Source of the DNA: Octopus bimaculoides
Taxonomy: Eukaryota
Assembly: GCF_001194135.2 (NCBI RefSeq)
Contig: NC_068984.1
Span: 76,014,620-76,078,619 of the forward strand
Direction of reading: 5' to 3'
DNA: 64,000 nt
Shown here: piece by piece, positions 39,700-51,072 of the stretch
Layout of the letters: every line of letters begins with the position of its first letter
Numbering within the stretch: the stretch's first letter is position 1
Program-made: the position numbers and the translations under genes
The notes under the pieces: generated by a model
Told to the model about the DNA's origin: nothing
Database searches by the model: none
What the model saw: only the letters and a program-made list of their open reading frames with translations

Positions 39700-39857
39700 T
39701 TTATGCATTATTTCATAGCTTTGAGATTATGACAATGTGATTGCTTACTTTTTAGAATGACAATGCAGGGTAGGTATGAGAGACTGGATCTGGTTACTTT
39801 GAACATAAAACAGGTAGAATATTTGGGCCAGATATGCCTGGCTCAAATGCTAAAGAG
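39700..39857. mobile_element. piggyBac-type MITE, family A (partial)
   Basis: tcatagctttgagat...gtagaatatttgggccagatatg...AAATGCTAAAGAG + TTAA 39858-39861. Confidence 0.7.
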
Positions 39858-40585
39858 TTAAACCTTTTCATGAACATATTTTAATGATACCCACTGCTTC
39901 AGTGTGCTTCAAATAATTTTGAGGGAAAAAAAAAAAAAAAAAAGAAGCAAACAAGAATTTGAGTTCATTTAGGAAAAAATGAACTTCAATATTATACTGC
40001 TGTTTGGAACAGGAACTAACAAAATTGTTCCAACTCAAAATTATCAAGGAAGGTTTTCATTTAAATATGAACAATTTGATATTGAAAGTTTTCTATAAGC
40101 AGAAGCAGAGACATCACAGACAAGTTGGTATCAACAGGGTTAATGGTTAACAACAATTTCCACTCAATGTTATTTCCTGACTTCCATATAATGTGTCCTT
40201 TTCATAGAAACCAGCTATCTTATGGTTGCATTCACTGTTAATAGAGTGAAAGGTGAGAGGCAAAATAAAGGATTTTCCATTATAGGTGAGATTTTGATTA
40301 AATAATAATAATAATAAATCATTTTTAAAGTTATGAACATTAACAGAATATGAAAGAGAGAAATGTCCAAAACGTAAAAAAATCAAATATATAGATTGTG
40401 TTCTAATAGCATATGAAGATACATATATAAAAAAAAAAACAAAAACAAAAAAAACAGGTAGGTGTGTGTATATATGTATATATATATATTCAGTAATAGA
40501 TAAGTACAATCCAGGTATCCAAATGTAGGAAGTTAGCAAGCTTCAAGCATGGATGCAGCTAGTATGTATGTATGTATGAGTAACT

Positions 40586-40587
<2 letters not shown>

Positions 40588-40651
<64 letters not shown>

Positions 40652-40878
40652 TTATTTATTATACAGACGGTGACAATCATAATAAAGAGAGAAATAAAGC
40701 ATCTTTAGTTGTAGTTAAGGTGTTATTAGTTTGGTGGTGGCAAGTGAGTGGCAGTGATATGAAAAAAATCCTCACAAAAGTACATCAGGAAATCATGAGA
40801 AAACCAATAATAGTTGTGAGGTAGGGAAACAAGACAGTAGGGAAACTGAGACAAAGAGAGAAAAAAAAAACATGCCAC

Positions 40879-40925
<47 letters not shown>
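40588..40925. repeat. (TG)n at 40588-40640 and (GA)n at 40882-40925
   Basis: Direct inspection; explains ORFs 40549-41135. Confidence 0.97.
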
Positions 40926-40928
<3 letters not shown>

Positions 40929-41877
40929 CAACTAATACGCAACCAAAAGAAAGTATTGAAACAGAGATAAGCAACCAAAACAAAAGAAAAAAAAACAAAA
41001 GGAAAAAAAAACAAAAGAAAAACCCCAAAGGGGTGGGAGGTGGAGTGGCCAGAGTGAAATGGGAACAGAAGGAGGGGAAAACAGACTGAGAAACATGTCA
41101 GCCAGAGAGAAAGAGACAGACAGACAGAGTATCAAAAGGAAATAGAATAGGAAGCAGGAGAGGATAGAAATAGATAAGAGAGAGATAGGCTAAGGTAATT
41201 AGAAGATAAGAGAAGCTCATGTGCATTATACATGCGTGTGTGCGCACACACACACATGCACCATATTCTTTTACCGTTTTTCAATCATTGAACTGTGGTC
41301 ATGCTGGGGCACAGCCTCTAAGGGTTTCAGTGATAATATTGACTTCAAAACTTATTTGTATCTGATTCTTATTTTATCAGTTTCTGTTTGTCTATATTGA
41401 TAAGTTATGGGATATAATAGGATGCACACCTGAAAAAAGGACCCAGTAGAATTATTCTCTCTTCCTCTCTCTGTACACGACACACAGGGGTCCGACAGGT
41501 TACAAACTTTATTGTAACACAGTTACACGATATATAGACATGTACACATACAAACAATAGATATATATTTCATATATGCATTACCTATAAGTATCACACA
41601 CACACACACACACACACCATTTATACATGCTTACAATTTATCAACCTCTGGAAACAAAATTCCTGACTAATGAATGATACAAGTCAGTGATTATGTATTT
41701 TCTACATTATTATAATAATGTCACAATTTTATAATTGAGGGTCATAGGAAACTGGTTCAACTATGGTATAAAGATGGTGCTTATTTAATTGACTTCCAGA
41801 GATTAACACCAAAGCATTCCTTGATAAAATTCAATGTCTGGTTTGAACATAGACATAAAATAATGGAAAACATTTAG

Positions 41878-42016
41878 GGCGTTAGGAAGGGCATCCAGCT
41901 GTAGAAACTCTGCCAAATCAGACTGGAGCCTGGTGTTGCCATCCGGTTTCACCAGTCCTCAGTCAAATCGTCCAACCCATGCTAGCATGGAAAGCAGACG
42001 TTAAACGATGATGATG
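41878..42016 (+). mobile_element. Short RTE 3'-end insertion with ATTTAG target-site duplication
   Basis: Starts ggcgttaggaagggcatccagctgtagaaac as at 22968-23000; ATTTAG at 41872-41877 and 42017-42022. Confidence 0.88.
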
Positions 42017-42978
42017 ATTTAGTCTAGCACTATAATAATTTTTAAGAACTGTTCAAGGCCAGAAATTTTCAGAAATAATCAATTATATCAATCCCACTAT
42101 TCGACTGGTACTTTATGTTACTGAAAGATGAAAGTCAAAATTAACTTTGGTAGGATTTGATTGCAAAACACACATGGATGTTACAAAATACTGCAGAAAT
42201 TTTATCTGCAACTCTACCAATTCTGCTGATACTCTGATCTTACCATGCCAATAATGATAACCATTAAACACCATTACAAGAATTATAATTCTGATAGACA
42301 ACACAAGGTCAATTTCATGAAAGGAAAAGTTTATAATTCCTGACTGATTTAAATATTCTATTTAATTCATCTCCAATTTTTAAGAAAGCATTGGAGTCTA
42401 ATTTAAATTCAAAAGTTATTTTTAAAACATGGACATTAAATGATGATGATGTCCAATCCATGCCAGCATGAAACATGGATGTTAAATGAATATGGTAACA
42501 AAGATGATATTCAGAGTTGATTAAGGCAATTGAACATGTTTCACATTCAATACTTTCTATTTTAGCATAAATAAATAACTGTAGAGCCTCCATTGGTTAG
42601 GGTTGACCATGTTATCTGCACATGAATGCATATGTCTGGGCAAAGCATTCGAACTAATGCATACAAGTCTCTCTTTTTCACGCCATCAATGTTGTTCAAG
42701 AGAAAGGCTGCCACCTTAGACCAATACAGGTTGGCACCAGTGCTGTTATTGTCAGAACACAAAGAGATAGAAATGATACTGCAAGGCATCTATTTCATCT
42801 GATGCTAAGACTTTTACCAACCTATTGCCCTACATTTTTTTGTTTTTAATCAACCCCAAAAGGATGAAAGACTTTGGCAAGATTTAGACTTAGAGAGCAG
42901 TGCATCATAACACATACTGAATGTTATTCTAACTTTATAGAACTTTACTGCAATTAAATAAACATTTGTAACATCAGT

Positions 42979-43307
42979 ATCATTATCATTTTCCATCCTC
43001 ATTCTTCAAATTTTAGTTGAAGGAAGCCTAGACATAAATGTTTTTCACCTAAAGCAGGCTGTATTTCATGCAGCATTACTAAACTATTTTACAGTTGCCC
43101 TGATGACTGGATCGTACCAGACCCATTTAATCTTAACTGATATGGAATTGTCTAATGGTACATAAAATTATCAAAAATCACAATGAATTTTAGCAAAAGA
43201 CAAAATGTTTAAAATCAAATAAACTAAATATTTCCACATACTCAATTGACTTTACAACTAAAACAAACAAACTGTAATAAATAAAAGAAAACTATCATAC
43301 TAGAATT
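42979..43307 (+). repeat. Copy 1 of a ~330-bp local direct duplication
   Basis: Aligns base-for-base with 44129-44454 with few substitutions and small indels. Confidence 0.95.
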
Positions 43308-43709
43308 AATAGATATTATTACCAGGAATGTGATAAGTGGATCCATAAGACTCAATCTTTGCTAATACTGTATCTTATATAGGATCAGCAGGTGTTGTTT
43401 AACTTGAGTCAATATTTATACTGTCATTATTTTTGCTTTTGTTGTAGGATTGCTGGCTCAAGAGAACATAAGATAGAATGTTTTGCAATATTTAGTCTCC
43501 TCTTTATATTCTTAGTTCAGATTAAGTCAAGATTCATATTTGCCTCTCCATCTTTCCGGTCAATAACGGTAAGTAGTTGGAAAATAGTTGATTTAATTGA
43601 TTACAGTGCTTCCCTATAAATTTGTGGTCATGTGCCAATACAAGAAATCATTATTATTGCTCTTTCTTACATCACTTGTCACTGTGTCACACAATGGAAA
43701 ACAACTATA

Positions 43710-43810
43710 TTATCTTTTCTCTCTCTTGCGATCTAGAGTGCCAATGACCTTCTCAGGTCTGCCGAGATCAATATGGTTAACGTCTGGCTTGAACATCTGT
43801 GAGTTGATGT
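43710..43810 (-). CDS. Terminal coding exon candidate, xINSQMFKPDVNHIDLGRPEKVIGTLDRKREKR*
   Basis: Strong acceptor aatttctttcccacccacattttttttccctgcag; the phase-1 frame is open for 32 codons to TAA at 43710-43712. Product not recognised. Confidence 0.4.
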
Positions 43811-44128
43811 CTGCAGGGAAAAAAATGTGGGTGGGAAAGAAATTCCATATAACTGGATTTATTAATCATATAAATCAACCTTCATCTAGAATACTATTTT
43901 GGATTTCTCTGGGGGAGACTAGGAGACATGGATAACTTGTGTTTTATCTGGAATACCATAACTGATATAAGAGCTGGAACATCTGCAGTATCACTAGTGA
44001 AATGTCTTCTTAAAATCCGATGTGGAAAACAGCTGGTGGATGATCTATATCTGGTAAAGCTTCTAAAATTCATCATCTATTTGTTCCTACCACCAAGGTA
44101 AAGTTATATTTAGTACTTATCTTCCATC

Positions 44129-44454
44129 ATCATTATCATTTTTCCATCCTCATTCCTCAAATTTTAGTTGAAGGAAGGCTAGACATAAATGTTTTTCACC
44201 TAAAACAGACTGTATTTCATGCAGCACTACTAAACTATTCTACAGTTGCCCCGATGACTGGATCGTACCAGACCCATTTAATCTTAACTGATATGGAATT
44301 ATCTAATGGTACATAAAATTATCAAAAATCATAATGAATTTTAGCAAAAGACAAAATGTTTACAATCAAACTAAATATTTCCACATACTCAATTGACTTT
44401 ACAACTAAAATAAACAAACTGTAATAAATAAAAGATAACTATCATACTAGAATT
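44129..44454 (+). repeat. Copy 2 of the ~330-bp local direct duplication
   Basis: As above; the copies are separated by ~820 bp of unique sequence. Confidence 0.95.
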
Positions 44455-47194
44455 GACAATTATTTTGGTGGAGAAATAAGGTAGTCTTTTCTGGTGAAAT
44501 GACTTATTTCATCTTTACTGCATATCAACATACATCTTGTTTCCAATCTGATACATGCTAGCAAACCCTATCAATAGGATACCAATTTTAGTGATTATCC
44601 ATATTTCAAACCAATGAGGGAAGGAAAGCAAGGGGCCAATCGACCTACTAAAAATAGCAGTTAAACCTTTCCCCATTATCTTAAACAAAGGACATATTAG
44701 ATAATATTGCCTAAGATAACATTTAAGCTATAGGATATTCATGATTGGAATGTCTTTGAATTAATTATAGGTTTGTTCAAGTAAGGTTGACCTTGGTTAA
44801 AACAAAAACACATATTTGCAACAGCAAACTATCAGATAAGCTCTCATCCATGCCTCATTAGGGAACATTAACATAAGAACTGCACCAAGACTTTATGTCT
44901 CTGCTCCAAATATAATTTTCAAAGGTCTGTCTCTTGCAATCTAGCTTGTTCAAATTTAACTGACACTAAGATGTTTAAGATAGAACACTTCTTTAGACCT
45001 ACATGGTCACTTGACCTACAAAGAATAGCAACCAATTTCTCTTCAAATCCCTTATTGTAGTTCTGAAATCTAGTGGATGGGGAATAGATGGTCATAGTTG
45101 GAACACCTTTGATTATAGATCTACTGGATCAGGGTTGACATGAGACTAAATAACAACTTAACTGCGGATACAACTTCCAAATTTCTTTTCTCACACAAGG
45201 TTCTGCCTTGTCATTGGTAAATTTTATCTTTGCACAAAAAACAGATCTCATTTTATTTGCATAATCAAACATTTGATTTGTTCTGTAAAATACTGAATAT
45301 GTGATCTTTACAAGCAGAGAGATTTGTTTACCCACCTGAAAAAGTTAAATCCTTTATCTCTTGTATAAACAAACAATGTGTTACTGTCTATCTACATTCA
45401 TCAAATAACCAATAGCATAATATCCTACCTACATCATAGCTCGTTACTGGAATACATATAATATAGCAAGCAAACATGCCAAGGTAACTTGCTTCTGAGT
45501 ATCATAGAACCTAACTGTGTGTGTAGTTAAATTCAGAACATTTCAAAAACAAAAATCAATACATTGCTGAAAGTAACCAAAGCATTCAGACATTAGCAGT
45601 AATACATCACCATCCACAATCATTATACTTGCAAAGATTTCAGTTTACTTCTTTGGTATCAATTTTCATTTAGTTAGAAGGGTTTTTAGCAGAGATAAAA
45701 TAAAACAGATATAAATAAAGAAAAAGATAGGGGAACTATCCCACCTATCATCATTATCTCCCTTGGAAAAAAATCTATTCACATAGAGCTTTTTACTAGG
45801 TCAAGATGTGATAGATATTTAGCACTTTTAAATGATCAATTAACTTTGTTAGAAAGGAGAAAATAAATAAATGAACGAATGAATAAATAGTGTTCAAGAC
45901 AGGAGGTAGAGAGAAATTCTCATTTATTAGCTATAATTATGAATTCCCTCCCATCAAAATCAAATAATGTCTTTTTATCAGATGGAGAGATAGATGATCA
46001 TAGAGATATGCCTGACTCATATTAGTGATTATTATAGAGTACAGAAGTGGCTATGTTCCATTATCTGAGAATTCTTATCTCCTGTATGTTTTCACACCTG
46101 CAAAATATTATTTTACCTAGCTATATGAAATACACAGCCACTCTGAAATAGACTGGTGTTACTCAATCCAAGAGATTAATCTCACTACTTAAATGCTACT
46201 GCTAAATCTTGCCCAAAGATAAATGTAAGCCTTACGGCTCAGAGACAAAGATGGAGTAGTAAACTTTACTTTCATAATCTTTGACTTTTATTTATCCAGT
46301 ATACTAAAACAATTTATTCACTGATGAAGACAAAAGAAAGAATTGAAAAAAAAAAAAAAAAAAAACTACAGAAAATCATACCAACAGATACAGCTGAATC
46401 AACACTTCACAAAGCCAAATTTTCCCAAATATTTGAGAAATGTGCTAATAATTGGTAGCTAAATCCACACTGAGATAAAAACTAATCAATTCAAGTGGTT
46501 TGGTGACACAATATATCAAGTGTGATTTGTTAGGTTTTATCCATCAGCTAAATCCATTCCTTACAAGGTTGAATGAAGCATTAAGAATATCAAGTGGATA
46601 ACAATGATACTAGAATCAATCGATGAATCAATGAATCAAACAGATTCTTAACAGTCTAAACAATACAACAAAAGAGATTTTTATGTGGAAGATTGATTTG
46701 AAAGATAGATAGATAAAAAGATCTATTTGGGAAGGTGAATTGAATGAACTTGCTTTGAGCTAAACTGACAAAACAAATTTGTATTGATAAATAGAAGATC
46801 TGAAGTCTCTAAAGGGTAGAAATACAAAATGAGGGAGGGGAAACAGTTCAAGGTCTAATCACAGTGAAGACAGTTTGTTTCTTTTTAGGAAATTATACAA
46901 ATTTATAAAGTGTTAAAAGGAGCTAATAGACACAAAATATCTGATGACAGCAGTTTGAAGATGTATGGTTACCAAGTGCACACATTCATGTAATTTGGTT
47001 TCAAAACCACAGTGCACCACTTTGGGCAAATGTTTTCTACTATAGTCTTGGACTAACCAAAACCTTGTGAATGAAATTTGGTAAACACTTATACACAGAT
47101 ACATATATGTTAATTTATGTGAAATAAATGGAAATTAATTTTACAGTACTAACAAAGAAAACTACTATTCAGGACACGCAATAATCCCTATTAA

Positions 47195-47665
47195 CCCCAT
47201 GACAATGTTTTTTTATATCAGGCAACTCGGTTGCACTGCTGGTAATCATCTTGGTCGAGATCAGCAATTAGCTGACAACAGTTTGGCATGTATTTACATC
47301 AATTGCTTTAAAGCATGCACTGTTTATTTATGTAAACTAACATCACTACAAGGACCGTAAATTCAACGAAACTGACATAGCTGGGATGCGACTGTAAATT
47401 CCGTGAAGGACCAGAAGGATTTGCTGAACGTGTACGAATTTGATAGGAAGTCATAGTGGAAATGGTGGTGTAGCCACCAAAACTACTACTTTTATACTAT
47501 TATGGTGATGGAAATCTCGAATTGAGTTGGAAATATTTACATGAAGAATCTAACAAACCTATCAGATTCCTTGAAATTTGCACAGTGGCCGCTATTATCA
47601 ATTCTGTGAGTGATAGTGGATATTTATATCAATGGGTACACATTATGTCAACCAATGTTATGGAG
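47195..47665. mobile_element. Possible piggyBac-type element bounding a CpG-enriched segment
   Basis: TTAA 47191-47194 + CCCCATGACAATG; CAATGTTATGGAG + TTAA 47666-47669 (10 of 13 complementary). Confidence 0.4.
47559..47603 (-). CDS. Weak coding exon candidate, (R)IDNSGHCANFKESD (phase 2-2)
   Basis: Acceptor cactatcactcacag, donor TAG|GTTTGT, 45 nt open in phase 2; lies inside a TTAA/TIR-bounded segment. Confidence 0.3.
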
Positions 47666-48105
47666 TTAAATTCACAAATTAACATATATATGATTCTATG
47701 CACATCCAACAAAAATATATTGAGCATTGTTCAACCCATGCCAGCACGAGAATAGACATTAAATGATAAATGATGATTATCATGTTCTGTATCATGAAAT
47801 AAAAGTGTGTGTGTGTGTGCGTGTGTGCATATGCCATTATTTTAGATTTGCTTTTTCATGTCAGCATGGGTCAGACAAGTTTTCTGAGGTAGTACTTTAT
47901 TGCAGAGGACCATTCCTGTTTACAAACTCTTCTAGTTGCTTCTTATGACATGCAGAGAATGTGTATGAATGAGGGATGGAATAATTGGTACAAAAACCAA
48001 CTTGTGGTATTTCCTTCTATCTAGTTTTGTGTTTGCAACAGGCTCTCCCCACCACCACCTTTATGAATGCAATAGAATAAGTACCAGACAAAGTAATAAA
48101 ATTAG

Positions 48106-48472
48106 TTGTTGGCACTCCATCGTTTACAACGTCGAGGGTTCCAGTTGATCCGATCAACGGAACAGCCTGCTCGTGAAATTAACATGCAAGTGGCTGAGCA
48201 CTCCACAGACACGTGTACCCTTAACGTAGTTCTCGGGGATATTCAGCATGACACAGAGTGTGACAAGGCTGGCCCTTTGAAATACAGGTACAACAGAAAC
48301 AGGAAGAAAGAGTGAGAGAAAGTTGTGGTGAAAGAGTACAGCAGGGTTCGCCACCATCCCCTGCCGGAGACTCGTGGAGCTTTAGGTGTTTTCGCTCAAT
48401 AAACACTCACAACGCCCAGTCTGGGAATCGAAACCACGATCCTATGACCTTACTGGGCCATTGCGCCTCAAC
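48106..48472 (-). mobile_element. Young tRNA-derived SINE of a different family with an 11-bp TSD
   Basis: B box GGTTTCGATTCCC near the 5' end, CpG-rich body, tail ending GTGCCAACAA; AATAAAATTAG at 48095-48105 and 48473-48483. Confidence 0.88.
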
Positions 48473-49854
48473 AATAAAATTAGTATCACTAACTAAAAAG
48501 TCTTGAAGGTGGTGGCTCAGCATGTCTATGGTCAACCACAAAAACCTGAGAAAAGAATGTACATGTTTATCATCAGCATCATTTAGCATCCATGTTACTT
48601 ACTCAGTAAGGTTTGACAGAATCTGATAAGTCGGAGGACTTTTTTGAGCTCTAATGTCTGTTCTCAGCATCCAGCTGTTTCTACATCTGGATGCCCTTCC
48701 TAATACCAATCACTACAGGATGTACCAATCTTACAAAAAAGCAAAAATTTATTCTGAATGCTATCACTTCACTGCAGCATTTACAAAATAGTTAAGTTTA
48801 AGAATTAATTGTTTCTTGACATTTTTACATTTGATGATTGGTGATAGGGTCAGTATTTTGAAAATTATATACTCAAGAATCAAGAGCTTAGATTCCATTA
48901 AAAGAAGAGGTCAAATTTAATACGTATACAGTTTTTATGCCTCAAAGTAATTTAGTACCTTGTAATTTTAGAATCTAGAATCCAAGCAGAAAATTAGAGC
49001 AAAACAAAATAAAGACGTAAATATCTAAAACACCGCACTGCATTGGACTTCTGATTAAAAATTAATAAGTACAGAAAGAAAAAGAAAAACAAAAGCAAAA
49101 AAACACCTTCCACCTATAATAACATACACGAAAGGCAGAAAAACACATTCTACTGAATTAAGAGAGAATGAACATATCAATACCAATAACTTCATACTGT
49201 AACCTATATTTTTGTACAAATGAAGGAACATCTAGATGTTTGCTTGACTTGCTAGAAATAGCAGCTAAATCTTTAACAAATCACATCGTAGCCATGAAAA
49301 AGAAAACACAAACTGGATAATGTAGACAAGATGATCATGGGGACTGGAATGTTGAGATTGAGGGTAGGTGCACTTAGCAACGAGTTAACACAGGAATGGC
49401 TCCATGCTTATAATTCTCTTAGAAATCACATTGTACAGTTCCAAAAGGAAGGATATATTGGATAATGCAGTTCTGAACACAGATCTGACAGTGGTGGTTG
49501 AGGGGAGGGGTAAGATGGCCATGGTTGGAATGCATTTGGTTATAGGTCTGTTTGATCAGGACTGGACTCAGGGTTAAACAACAGAATACTTTTACTTGCC
49601 CAGCTGCTATTTATTTTATCCTGCCTGCAAATTCTTTATAGCTTTTGAAGACTGTTCTTAATATTAGACGACTTTATGGAGTACAAAAAAATAAATAAAA
49701 AAACTGGTGCTATTTGCAGTTATAGTTATTTATGAACACTTATCAAAAGACTTGTTGATAATTGATCTTTATCAATGCTAAAACTAGCCATTTCAGAAAA
49801 TAACATTCTTGTAAGGAACCTAATTATGTAGCCTATGCAACTTGATTTTGTTCA

Positions 49855-50075
49855 ATTATTTGGCAGAATGATTAGAGCATCAGAAAAAATGTCTTGCAAC
49901 CAAGTCTTCAAATTCAGAGTTCAAATCTTGCCAAGATGAACTTAGTCTTTCATTTCTCCAAGGTTGGTACAATAAAGTACCAGTCCAGTATTGAGTGAGG
50001 GTGATGTAAATCAACTAGCCAAACTTCCCAGAATTACTGGCTAGCACCTAAATTTGAAATTATTATTATTATTAT
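49855..50075 (+). mobile_element. Decayed copy of the same SINE family
   Basis: tggcagaatgattagagc...gagttcaaatcttgcc...aataaagtaccagt...ctaaatttgaaattattatt. Confidence 0.7.
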
Positions 50076-50740
50076 ATCTTAATTTGTAACAGGGTTTGAA
50101 GCATGTAAGAACAGTATATTTTGTCTAAGATTATATGATGCACTTGTATTACAGTTTTAATCTGTGATCTGACTACACTAGAGAACATGACCTTTATTTG
50201 GGTTGCCAGTAGGGAGCCTTTATATAATAAGTCAACCCGCAAGAAATAATAGCCAAATCTTTCTCAAGTTAACCATATATTCTTTAAAAAAAAAAAATAG
50301 ACAGAAACTGAAGAAGCCTGTTGTATATCTATCTATCTATCTGTGTGTGTTTGTCCCCTACCGCCACTTGACCAGTATGGTGTGTCTACATCCTCACAAT
50401 GGTTTGGCAAAAGAGAATGATAGAATAAGTACCAAGCTTAACAATAATATAAGAACTGAGGTCAATTCATTCAACTAAAAATTCTCCAAAGTGGTACCCC
50501 AGCATAATGATTGAAACAAGATAAAGATATAGAGTATTGTAATCCTTCACACAATATCTGAAAGAAAAAAAAAAGGGGTGGGGAATATTCAAAGGTCTGC
50601 TGAATGAAGGCTGATCCAGGGATAAACAACTTTTATTTAGTATTTCTTTCTATATCAATTACCACACAGATTGTAGATAGAAAGAGAATTTTTTTTTTTT
50701 TTTTTTTGTTGAATCATAATACCGATGTACAGTTATTCCT

Positions 50741-51072
50741 TCACTTGTTTCAGTCATTGGACTACAGTCATGCTACAGTCTGAATGATTAAGTTGATCAA
50801 ATCATTGCTAGTACTTACTGTATTGGTCACTTTTTACCATACTGCTACACAAATCAACACCAGTTGTCAAGCGATAAGGAATCAATTGATCAATACACCC
50901 CACCACACACAGAGTGAGTTTCTGCACAATTTCTGTATACCAAATTCACTCACAAGACATTGGTCAGAAAAGGTATTATATAACAGAAGACACCCTCCTC
51001 AAGGTGCTGTGCAGAAGGACCAAACCTCCAAATGTGGTTACAAAGTAAGCTTCTAAACTGCATAGCATGCCA
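50741..51072 (-). mobile_element. Decayed OR-like SINE
   Basis: cacttgtttcagtcattggactacagtcatgct...accaaattcactcacaagac...caaggtgctgtgcag. Confidence 0.75.

Noticed and set aside
42600-42745. Open minus-strand frame STGANLYWSKVAAFLLNNIDGVKKRDL
   Set aside because: Splice sites are ambiguous and weak, and there is no recognisable homology.
43100-43140. TGATGA...CTGA pair or CTGATGA+hairpin in the duplicated segment as a C/D snoRNA or hammerhead
   Set aside because: Boxes are only ~30 nt apart with no terminal stem; no GAAA follows the hairpin; copy 2 alters the motif.
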